Of a stretch of 64,000 nt of DNA, positions 1-9,945 are shown piece after piece. The position numbers and the translations under genes are program-made. Position 1 is the first letter of the stretch, and each line of letters starts with the position of its first letter. The notes beneath the pieces are model-generated. The model saw only the letters and a program-made list of their open reading frames with translations. It did not search any database and had not been told where the DNA came from. The DNA comes from Botryllus schlosseri (lineage: Eukaryota), in contig CM119385.1 in NCBI GenBank assembly GCA_051294905.1, positions 14,756,001 to 14,820,000 on the forward strand. Direction: 5' to 3'.

Positions 1-128
1 TCTGTAAAAAAAAAACGACCTAAATCAAACATTATAACGCAGTGGCCAGTAAATATTATTGGTGGCATGTCAGCGGATGAATACCACTTATTTTGAAATC
101 GTTAGAGTGGCGTATCGTCGTATTGCCA

Positions 129-335
129 TTATAGAGATTTGAGCAAAGGGTGGAGCGAAGCTTGCGCTTGAAGAAAGTGGACACGATCGTTGAAGATTCC
201 TAGGAATGCTGATTGGGATACGCATCGTAAAAGGTACAGTATTACATAGTATTCGTTACCTTGAATATCTACGACTGTGCACACCACCGGGATGACTTTG
301 ATTTCACGATTGAAATATTTCATTCGCCGCATTCT
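129..335 (-). CDS. Probable last two exons (335-260 and 199-129) of a TIR-domain-like gene: RMRRMKYFNREIKVIPVVCTVVDIQGIFNDRVHFLQAQASLHPLLKSL*
   Basis: AG acceptor at 337-336, a 60-bp GT..AG intron at 259-200, stop at 129-131. KVIPVVC..DIQGIFNDRVHF resembles the TIR_2 C-terminal pattern (LIPV.L....LPGLL). Recognised by eye. Confidence 0.45.
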   Translation of the reverse strand, partial: RMRRMKYFNREIKVIPVVCTVVDIQGNEYYVILYLLRCVSQSAFLGIFNDRVHFLQAQASLHPLLKSL

Positions 336-529
336 CTGTTCTATTTTGGGATGTTAGTCGACCTATATACTGACCTGTGACACCACATACTCTGCCGCGG
401 AGTAGTTGAAACTGTTGGTATGTTTATGTCATTTTGAGCCATAGCATAGACATGTTTCCATCCACTGCTAGATTTGTTTGGTACACATGCCACCTCAAAT
501 GAGGAACCTTTTGCTTCAATACATAAGAT

Positions 530-1124
530 CAGTGGTTCTCAACCTGGGGAACGCGAGAAATTGACAAAGTCTGTATGAATTCTGACTATACATGTGTTTC
601 ACAACCATTTTCAGAAGACGATTGTTGAAGATGAAACTTATTTCGTATTCAAGAAAGCTCGCCAAATTCAAACTCCAGCAGTCGCGCTCAACTTCATTTA
701 AGCAAATCTGTGATATTCTTTGAAGATTTAGAGGAATTCCCACGTGTAAGTCATTCATTACTTCATAGCTTTGGCAGTAGCCTAAAGCTCTTTGCGCTGG
801 ATAGCTGTTGTTAATAGCTGGCGAACTGCACTGCGTAAGACAGACTTCGATGATATATAGGTTGCTCGGTTTCGCCCTCAATTAAGCTACCCTATATCAA
901 CACAATTTGATTCAATTTAATTCCAAAACTGATCAAATTGTGCATGGAAGTACAGAACGACGCCTTGTTCTCTGTAGACACTACCAGCATTCGGGTTAGT
1001 CTCAGTGCAACCTACCTTGAAACAAATTGATGTCCTGTCCAATGTTTTTTTGCTATTTTCAAACAAGTTTGGGGAAATTTGTCAAAAATGTTAAAGACTG
1101 GAATACGGATTCAATGGCGTAAGA
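530..1124 (-). mobile_element. Internally deleted hAT (Charlie/Buster-like) element with transposase remnant
   Basis: Starts with CAGTGGTTCTCAACCT TIR at 530. Minus-strand frame NLASFLEYEISFIFNNRLLKMVVKH resembles Buster/Charlie transposase core. ACATAAGAT occurs at 521-529 and 1124-1132. Right TIR not found. Confidence 0.5.
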
Positions 1125-2314
1125 CATAAGATCAGGGATGGGCAACCTGCTGCCGTAGATGGGAATTTGTGCGCCCGCCAACACCTAATTCAATTAGTAT
1201 GTGTTAGCATCCGTCGACATGCAAATTGAAATTACTAATTCACTCCCAATTTTTTTAGAGATTTTATTTATTCTTGAAATTTTGTTCGCGCTCCACGCAA
1301 TTCAACATAACTTAATTTTTCGATTTTAATATAGTAGCGCCCTTCTAAATCTGAGCAAGAATTAGAATCGTGTGCTCCTCACGAAAATTTTTTTTTTATG
1401 GTACATTTGGGCGATTTCAATATATTTCCACTACCGATACGCTGGACAATCCTGATCGGGGGTCAAGAAATAACAGCATGCAATAAAGTGCATGGTGAAG
1501 TAGGTCATGAATCTCTGCTATATCATGTAAAAGGCGGAGCCGTCACCACACAATGTATCTGTACCGGTACTTCAAAAATTGTTATATTTTTGTTACCCTC
1601 TTTGTCTTAGTAGTCTTTATAATGTCATGTCTAGGTTAGGAACTTTGCTTATTATAGCGACTTACGCATGAATTCTTTTTAGTGGAGCTGCAAGATACTA
1701 GCTACACAGAAGGAATGAGGACGAGAAAGAGAAACAATTGGAAGTTTGGCCGATGGTGGAAGACCACTCGTGTTACTGCATGTCTCCTAAAGAAGAATTA
1801 GACCTCCAGCAGCAATACTTTTCCATCGATAATCTTCTCATCGTCAATCATGAATGAATATACAGTTTGTTCCAATCTCGTTTTGGGGCTGTAAAGAAGC
1901 TTTTGCGATATTTTAGCATCAGGTTGTTTTGCGATAGGTATCGGTTGTACGTGAATTTACAAGCTGGTATGTAATCCTGATTTACACAGACAGCATGTAT
2001 GTAGGTAGGCGGTAAAATTACAGTCTGAGTGGCAAATATACAGGATAAAATGTAGATTGGATATACCGGAGGTGACTGTAACATTACAGTCTGGCGTGTA
2101 AAGTGAGATTACCGGACGAATGTAAGTTCAATTTACATTGACTAACGGTAATGTTAAATTACCACGAAATGTCTGGCTACCGTGCTTCCAAACATTTCGC
2201 GGTAAATCGAGGTTTTTATTTTTTACAGTGTATAAGTATTAATGCTTCGTTACTGACCATCTCTGGTTAGTCAGATGCCTATGTAAAAGATATGCACCTA
2301 CTGACTAACCATGT

Positions 2315-2656
2315 TCAAAAAATATGGGGAAGAGAAATTTTGATCAATAATGTGTTTCGATCACTGTTGCGTATCGCCGATATGTAGCCGCACTCCCTAA
2401 CACTCAGAACATGTACACTTGTACATGTACATTGTACATTGTAGGCTACAGTCAAGAGCACGTTTCGTTCCATCGGGAAGAAGCACTCATGGCCCAATTC
2501 TGCCGGAAGGATTTGGGCTGAGAAGGCCTCTTGTACCGTACTGTAGTCATTACCACGGTGTGTCTCTTCTACAAATCTATACCTGAAAGTGTGGCCTTGA
2601 TGTAGCGTCATTGTCTGACAATACAGGCTTTCCACGAAGACAATATCTCGCACCAT
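2315..2656 (-). CDS. TIR (TIR_2-like) domain N-terminal/central segment; possibly spliced or pseudogenised
   Basis: LPAELGHECFFPMERNVL and ISAIRNSDRNTLLIKIS match the TIR_2 pattern (L...G.RVW.D... and AIENSDRVLVVLS). Frame stops at 2315-2317 next to a T-run and a possible GT donor. Exon structure not resolved. Confidence 0.55.
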   Translation of the reverse strand: MVRDIVFVESLYCQTMTLHQGHTFRYRFVEETHRGNDYSTVQEAFSAQILPAELGHECFFPMERNVLLTVAYNVQCTCTSVHVLSVRECGYISAIRNSDRNTLLIKISLPHIF

Positions 2657-3341
2657 AAATTGTGATCATTAACGTTTAACAAAATCTCGTTTCAGCTTTA
2701 ATTTATACCCAGCAACGTTCAGTTCCTTGATGCTGTCGGTTCAGCCGAACCAGAGAAATGACAGAAGGTCGAGGATCTCCGCCCCGGAGTTCTGTCAATA
2801 TCTTTGCTGGTGTAATTAAAGGAATCCATATAGATTATCCAGAACGAATGACACAGAGAGAAAGAGGTGAGAAACGGGCGTGTAGCCTATATTAGGACAA
2901 TCATAACTTGCTTACAACAACAGACTTGTTGAATTTACGATCACAGGCGTATCTTTTGTATGGAGGAATCCGGACAAAATGGAAAAACTCGAATATACTA
3001 AATAAGCGCCATGAGTGAATTATAATTTTCCAGGCGGAACGAAAATGCTTATTGTCTCTTGGTAGATGGCTCATTAACTGCACCCCCATTTTACGTAAAA
3101 ATATTACGTTCAAGAAGCTATAAGAACTATGACGGCAGTGATATCGCTGCACTCTATAAATTATAGACTGGGGCTGTAGATGGGCAAAGTTATTAGCTCG
3201 AGCACTAAATTCGGGATATGTAGCTATCAGCGGGTCGCATCGTATATTATATAATTTGGAATATAACCAAAAAAACAAATTCAATAAAAAGCAAGATAAT
3301 ATTTAGTTGGAAAATGATCGAAGAAATGAAGAACAACCAAA

Positions 3342-4243
3342 ATGAGCGGTGAGTTAGCTTGTCTGATTTCGAAAATGGAATGGAGATTTGAATCTGTGAG
3401 CAATGACCTCTCAGGACTCACTCATCCTACTTTTACATTGATATCACGGCATATAACGTGTCGCTCTAACATTTGTATATTGATTATTGCACAGTTTTAC
3501 TCTTGGACCTGATAGAAAACGTTGCGAAGTTGGAAGAGTACAGAATTAAAGATCGAAAATCGGATTTCGGTACTGCACTGTCCGTGATTCACAGCCGGCT
3601 GCCTCGCGAGCCAGGCCTATCTCCTGACTTAATTCGCAACATTGTATTCAAGCTACTCCAAAATGAAGAGCAGATGTATCCGATAGGTGCCCTTCTCCTG
3701 AGCACAGCATCGTTTGATCTCGCCATGCAGGGCTCGTTGTGTAATGAAACGTTGCGCTTTGTTGATGGGATCGCGCATGATGTTCGGCATATAACAAAGA
3801 ACTTGCCGCCGACATGCAGTGGATTTGGCCGTCAGAAAGCATGGGAGTGTGGTACCGATCTTTTGAAAAGGATGAGCGATGGATTAGGCCACCGGTCGAG
3901 CAGTCCCGACGCTTTGAAAAGTCAGGCCAACTGTCTGGCAAATCTTAGTGACATCCATGCATCCGAAGGAAGTGCGGACGGAGCAATCGCATACGGCAAG
4001 GAAAGCATCGATCTACTCAACCGATATTCCGATAGACCCGAAAAAAGTCGGATTTATGGTTTCTCTCTGTACAATGTGGCTTGGGCGTATTATAGCAAAG
4101 GCGATAACGGCAAGTCGCTGAATTACTACTCGGAAGCATTAAGAGCATTCGAGAAAGCCATGGATATGCATGAAGATGACAAAAAAGAATGGATCCGTAA
4201 AACGCGGAGGGAATGGGACCGTGCACGTAACAACTCGAAATAG
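3342..4243 (+). CDS. Helical TPR-like protein; mini-exon 3342-3348 (ATG AGC G) spliced to exon 3495-4243
   Basis: GTGAGT donor at 3349 and TGCACAG acceptor ending at 3494 have matching phase 1. About 250 open codons. C-terminal ANCLANLSDIH...A..YG / GFSLYNVAWAYYSKGDNGKSLNYYSEALRAF is a TPR_12-type pattern. Confidence 0.65.
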
Positions 4244-4399
4244 AAAAGTTACTGACTATGGAATGAACTATACCAATCTTCAATCAGTATGGCAAAATGA
4301 CTCACCGAAGCTAAACAAAAGTAATTATTATTAACATTGGTTAAAAAAGAGTGACGCTTATCGCTAGCAAGGCCAGGCATTAATCAAATACTGTAGTAG

Positions 4400-4653
4400 C
4401 ACTGTTTCGGAAAATTCAAACATTATTGATGCCAGGACACCATGCCATGACCCCCTCTAAATCGCCAATAACTGTGAAAATCGGCTGCACTCAGAACATA
4501 GGCAACGGTTACGAACTATAACGCTAATAAGTGTCAGTCTAATTTCAGTATTGAATTGAAACAGTAATATATTGAGTATGTTGAGACATGGCGACCCCGG
4601 GATAAGTTAGGACGACCCCACTTTGGGTCTCGACCCACAGCTTGCGATCACTG
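4400..4653. mobile_element. Degenerate Charlie-type hAT MITE
   Basis: Right end GGGTCTCGACCCACAGCTTGCGATCACTG resembles Charlie-type MITE termini. Left end degenerate; no TSD seen. Confidence 0.35.
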
Positions 4654-5054
4654 CTAAAAATTAAAGGTGCACAAAATAAGCTATGCAATTGTGCATCAAC
4701 GGAGTATTAAAATAACGAAACAATCAAAACATAATCTTCACACAAAACGAAAACACTATTCAATATCAGTGTGAATTCTGCTATTTCCATTCGGATACCA
4801 GAGTTCAGACATGAGAGGCTTCATTTTGGAATGTGTCATTCGCAAGAAGCGCAACAGCGTGATACCAATTGCTTAATTACAAATGAGCTCATAAATATTG
4901 AAGATATAATGGGCTTTTCAGAAAGTCGAGGTTCCTTACGTACGCCACTGCACACGACGTACCATATACACCTGTCACAATTCGACTATATACTCATCGG
5001 GCCCAATTGGTAGAAACAGGTTTCCTGAACTATCTGAAGCTAAAGTAAAAGCTG

Positions 5055-6060
5055 GTGTATTTGTTGGCCAACAAATTAAAAAAGATGCCTAAGTCGAATG
5101 ATTTTATCCAAATGCTTATTGCAGATGTGGCGAATGGGTTCTTGGGTAATAACAAGGAAGATAACTATGCCGAACTCGTTGCCAATTTGGTAAATTCGTA
5201 TGGAAACATGGGGCGCAAAATGTCCATGGAAGTACACATGCTTGATGATCGCTTGGACGAGATTCAAGACTTTATGGGAGCTTATTCAAAAGAACAAGCG
5301 GGTGGGGTACAATTCCATCAAGACATAAAATACTTTGAAACGAGATACCAAGGGCAATATAATCAAAGCATGATGGGAGATTATGTCTGGGCATTGAAGC
5401 GGGGAAGTGATTTAGAGCAGTGGTTCTCAACCTTTGTGACCTCGTGGACCGGCAGAACTTCTAAATAAATGTTGCGGACCAGTGAGCCATCAGAAATAAA
5501 AATTTACCATAATTTTATTAGGACAAATTCATACAGCTGAAATGTAATATTGGAAACTTGATTTATTGATATATTTTCTGCATGATATAGTTTCTGCATG
5601 GCGTAGCTCGCAAAATCTACCAACTTGATTGTGATTGTTCGGTATCCTATGGCAGAAATGTGTCACAAAAATTTGCCTAATTGCACTGTCGGAATTTAAC
5701 GAAGTTCGTTTCAATGTCTCCGTAGCCTTCACATATAACTATACTAGCTAGTCCGAAACGAGTTGTATGTTATACTATTATGCTATACTTTTAAACAATT
5801 TTCATAACACTTTTCCCATGGGACGCGCGTCCGAAGTAAACCTTGAACTCTGTGTTGCGACACCATGTAAAAATACGACCCATAATTCTATTTAAATATT
5901 TAAAATGTGATGTTTTATTTAACCAACTAATGAGCAATCTTCAAAATTATTGCATTTTGGAATTGAGATATAAAATTCCAATATGCCTGGCGAACCGGCA
6001 GTTGAGAACTACTGATTTAGAATTCAAAAAGAAGAGCCAGCAAAACATCCCATGTTCAAC
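5055..6060 (+). pseudogene. DNA transposase C-terminal remnant (CMC/Chapaev3-like), interrupted by a MITE
   Basis: VHMLDDRLDEIQDFMGAYSKEQAGGVQFHQDIKYFETRYQGQYNQSMMGDYVWALKR resembles the HFLHSHLD..NLGAVSDEQGERFHQDI...E.RYQG.W...M.ADYCW.LKR motif block. Reading continues as FKKKSQ after the MITE. Family name is from recall. Confidence 0.65.
5418..6014. mobile_element. hAT (Charlie-type) MITE
   Basis: TIRs CAGTGGTTCTCAAC / GTTGAGAACTACTG; 8-bp TSD ATTTAGAG / ATTTAGAA (1 mismatch). Confidence 0.9.
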
Positions 6061-6226
6061 TGATTTCGTACTTGATCTGTTTCCGCCTGAAATATTTAGT
6101 TTTGCGTTTAACATTGATCCGGATACAGTTAATTCATTTATGTGCAAATTCCCATGCGCCATGTATTAAAGATCAAAGACAGTTTGGTAAATATCAATTT
6201 CCTATAGGGTAAATCAGCATAACCAT

Positions 6227-6617
6227 TAGGATTGCGTTTAAAACAAAAGGTGTTTTAAATTTTTTTTCAAGTTGTAAAATTATGCCATAATTTAGTAAAT
6301 ACTTTCCAAAAAACATGTTGTATGAGCCTACGGATGATACCCCCCCCCCCCCCCCCCCCCCCGCCCCCCAATATAGACGAAGTAAACCGATATGGGCTGG
6401 TGGAAACCGTCAAAATAGTCGGTTCAACAGCAATAGTATAGATATTTCGTCAAAGAAGCTATATTTACCCTCTATTTTCAATTGTCAATGTCAATCCACT
6501 ATGCCATCACAATTCGTGACGACATGACTTGAAAAATAAAAAATAAAAAAATAAAAACAAGGGCCTTGTTTTAAACATGTTTGTTTTAAATTGATTTTTG
6601 TTTTGAATGCAGTCCTA
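6227..6617. mobile_element. MITE with TAGGA(T/C)TGC TIRs and an internal poly-C tract
   Basis: TIRs TAGGATTGCGTTTAAAACAAAA versus reverse complement TAGGACTGCATTCAAAACAAAA; flanks ATAACCAT / ATTTCCAT. A related partial inverted copy lies at 12785-12929. Confidence 0.7.
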
Positions 6618-6747
6618 ATTTCCATGCACAACATAGCACATACTTAGCACATTCAAAAAATTGCTCTACTAACCACAAAACCAAAGTTTGGAATGAACTA
6701 TATCGATACTTGAAAATTCCTAGGTGAGAGAGGTCAGGAAATGTCGA

Positions 6748-7025
6748 TTAGAAACCGGGAACAAAAATCGTGTTACATGGTGTAATATTAGCAAACGTGA
6801 ACGAGTCCCGAATGCAGCTGTCATCATAGAGCGCACTCACCGGCTTAAGAAATTCATCCGTCCACGGTTTATGGTACGCCGATCCAATCATCGATAATGT
6901 TGGGCGGAGGTGAACTTCCGACTTGTGGATTTTCGGAAGACCATACATTCGTGGACGGTGAAATCTTTCCAGCCTTTTTCAAGGTTTGGAGCGCGCGTTG
7001 AATACGCGATTCGATTTTCGAGATA
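6748..7025 (-). mobile_element. Penelope-like retroelement reverse transcriptase fragment
   Basis: YGLPKIHKSEVHLRPTLSMIGSAYH...IRDSFTF matches the YGLPKIHK..PLRPI.S..GS and KDS motifs of Penelope-like RT. Confidence 0.8.
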
Positions 7026-7033
7026 CACTGGAG

Positions 7034-7354
7034 CAGTGGCTCTCAAATTGGGGGCACGCCTTTCTTGTGGGGCGTGCAAGCATCTGAAGTGGGCGCGAAG
7101 TCGCAGTGACCTGAAAAAATTTCTGGCTCGGCGCGATTTACCTCCTGCTCATGGTGTTTACTTCGTCTATTGTCCGAATTTCATATTTGAGAATTCTCTC
7201 ATCAATAGCCATAACCTTGATGCCATCAAACTATCCGTTAGGATGGATAGCATTCTGATTTATTCCTTTAATATTTTATGATATCACGATAAGGGGGGCG
7301 GCATTTTTCGTTGTCAAAAAGGGGGAGTGTTTAAAAAAAGTTTGGGAACCAGTG
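7034..7354. mobile_element. hAT MITE
   Basis: TIRs CAGTGGCTCTCAAA / TTTGGGAACCAGTG; perfect TSD CACTGGAG at 7026-7033 and 7355-7362. Confidence 0.9.
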
Positions 7355-7689
7355 CACTGGAGCTGGTTGATAACGGAAATGCCTTGGTATGAAATTGTTA
7401 TTAATTAATTGAATTGAATAGATTATGCATAAACACGGAGAAAATAACCATGCTGGGATATAGGCTACATATGCATGATGGAACATATGAGCCTGTTTTC
7501 ATTTGAACATGAGGGCAGGTGGGCATGTTTTCGCTTGAACATGGGGTCACCTGTGCATGGTGACAGACGGGCATGCGAATATTTAGCATGTGATACAGCA
7601 ACTTAGACATGATTACATCGACACTCGAGCGTCTGTCAGGTTAAAGTTATATCGAGAGCCTATATCAGTGGTTTCCAACGTGCCGATAT

Positions 7690-8945
7690 TATGATTGGTT
7701 TATTCGCAATTTCATCAGTTCAATACACCACAAAAATGTGATATTATGAAAGGATAGGAAGGTGTCAAAGCGACTTGGAGTAGTCTATATGGAATCAGAC
7801 ACCTACCATGGCCTAGGCGATGTAAAGAAGAGGCATGCACACTGGATGAAAAGTAAAGAAGATAGTATATAGAAAAAGCAAGAGACAAAATGGGTGACAT
7901 GTCATAAGGCGAGATCGATAGGTCAGGTCGTGGTCCCTTAATCTTGAGGAGGGACTAGTATTCACTTAGTAGTAATTGCTTGTATTTCGACTTGAATGTG
8001 GACATGCTCGTCGACTGACGGATGGCCTGCGAGATACTGTTCCGCACGTCAGATCCTACATATTTGATAGAGCGATGATCTTTTCGGTCTATCATATGAT
8101 ATTTGGACGACGTGGACGCGCGTGTGTTGTACTTGTGCGCTTTTGATTCCGAGGTAAAGAAGTCATTGAAATATTCGGGGCAATGACCGCAGTGGTACTG
8201 ATACATAAACTAGGCGATTTCTAGTTTCCGCATATCTTCTATGTTTAGGACGCCGAATCTCTTCAGCAGCGACTTGTTAGATTGAGAACCTGGCCCCTTT
8301 GGGCCCTAGCTATGCTACGCAGTACGTTATGTTGAAGTTTTGAAGTGACTCGACTGCAGTTTTACTTGCAGCACCCCAACAGAGGATGCCATATTGTAAC
8401 TATGATTGGATTAGGGATTTAAAGAGTATCAGAGGCGTGTCTGTGTTGGAAACGGGCTGACCAGCGATGTTAACGGTTAGGTTATTTTTTGAATTTACTG
8501 TCAGCAATTGGGATTTCGAAACGTTTATGCAAAGGTTATTTTGGTCGTCCACTCATGCACTTCGGACATTTGGTCACTAGCCAGGGCATGCAGCTCTGCC
8601 GTCGAAAATGCGGAAGAGAAGAGGTGAATATCATCAGCGAACAGTGTGGTGTTCAATGAGGAGAATTCAAAAATGTAGTTGACATATAGTTTTAAGAGGA
8701 TCGGTCCAAGTTCTGAGCCTTGGGGTACACCACAGGTCACCAGGTGAGGAGAGGACAATGCGTTTGAGATTGCAACAATTTGTTGGCATCCAGTAAGGTA
8801 GCTTTTCATGAGCTCAAGTTGTGGGCCCCGAAATCAGCAACGCGCCAGTTTCGAGATGAGGATTTTAGGATCTACGCAGTCAAACGCTTTTTCTAGATCG
8901 AGGAAAATGCTACATCCCACATATCCCACATTCGACACAGCGAAA
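7690..8945 (-). mobile_element. 5'-truncated L2/CR1-group LINE (RT C-half plus 3' UTR)
   Basis: IFLDLEKAFDCV, GVPQGSELGPILL and LFADD RT motifs, and a STFKSKYK tail. The 3' UTR (7690-7960) is homologous to 21973-22230. Confidence 0.85.
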
Positions 8946-9054
8946 GAAAATGAAAACTCAACAAAAAGGTAATTTTCTCAAAATGTGTATTATGGAACCA
9001 CTTTGCTTTCGCTGCGACGATATACTGTAGATAATTATTTTGCAAATGCGTCTG

Positions 9055-9131
9055 TCACTCACCAAAGAACCCACGACCTACCGAACGAGAAGCCGCACGC
9101 AACACCATTACAATATCCCGCTCGGCTATGG
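9055..9131 (-). repeat. tRNA-derived SINE head fragment
   Basis: Minus strand has TAGCCGAGCGG (A-box consensus) followed by GGTCGTGGGTTC (partial B box). No complete cloverleaf. Confidence 0.4.
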
Positions 9132-9164
9132 ATCTGTGTTTGACATTGTCAGTGTCATTATGAG

Positions 9165-9262
9165 TGTGACATCACGTGACGTCATGAGTTCTTGCTTAAG
9201 TCCATGTCCACAAACAACCTGTCGTCAAATTCACACCATCCCTATAGTTTGCACCATCCCTA
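9165..9262. mobile_element. Terminal fragment of the TAGGGATGG MITE family
   Basis: TGACATCACGTGACGTCATGAG and GTTTGCACCATCCCTA match the right end of 17665-18647. Confidence 0.6.
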
Positions 9263-9527
9263 CTATTGACTATATATTGCCATTGGTCAATCTAAATTGG
9301 AAACGAAGTCAGTATCACCACTAAGGGCGTCATTGAGCTGGAATTAGCAGCGACAAACCGCTTAATTGTTGTTATAATGATAACCTCCTAACAATCTCCA
9401 AACTCCATAGAATACCATTTGCACTACGCCGAAAGGTGGCAGCGTACAATTGTTTCGCACTCACACAAATCCCACCGGTCAATGATGCGAAAAAATTAAA
9501 ACCGACTTGACATTTTGTATATTTAAA

Positions 9528-9945
9528 ATGCATGTGTTTACTAGCTCTGTGACCGCAATCACAATTGCATTACTTGGAGCTGCGTTCGATATAAGCAGTT
9601 AACCGACAGACGTGCAAGTATAGATCTGCTTTGTACAAGATTCTACTTAGTCATTTGGGTTTTCTCATGCAAGGGTCACCGCAGCAGATCAGTGGTACGC
9701 GTAATAGTTGGCCTGGTGTTTTGCGCATGCCCTTCGTGCCGAAGCCCTATCCATTTCCTCGGGCTTTTGACCGATACTACAACGGATCTGATCTTCCGTG
9801 CTTGTGTGACATCGGCCGATACGATTCAAACCCAGGCCAATGCAAATTTCGAGGCCAATGATTTAGTTGCTGACTTACGGCGGCCGTCAATGCATGAATT
9901 GTACAAGCCGTGAACTGTGCATGTGTGCAGTCAATTAAATTACTC
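9528..9945 (+). pseudogene. Candidate decayed, intronless insulin-like peptide paralog
   Basis: Hydrophobic leader from ATG 9528, then after a frameshift C-x11-S(AGT), W..VLR, YPF...F, YY(TAC TAC)-NG-S(TCT)-x8-G(GGC)-x8-C. Five core Cys positions are single-base neighbours of Cys codons. Needs one codon gap and two frameshifts. Confidence 0.5.
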
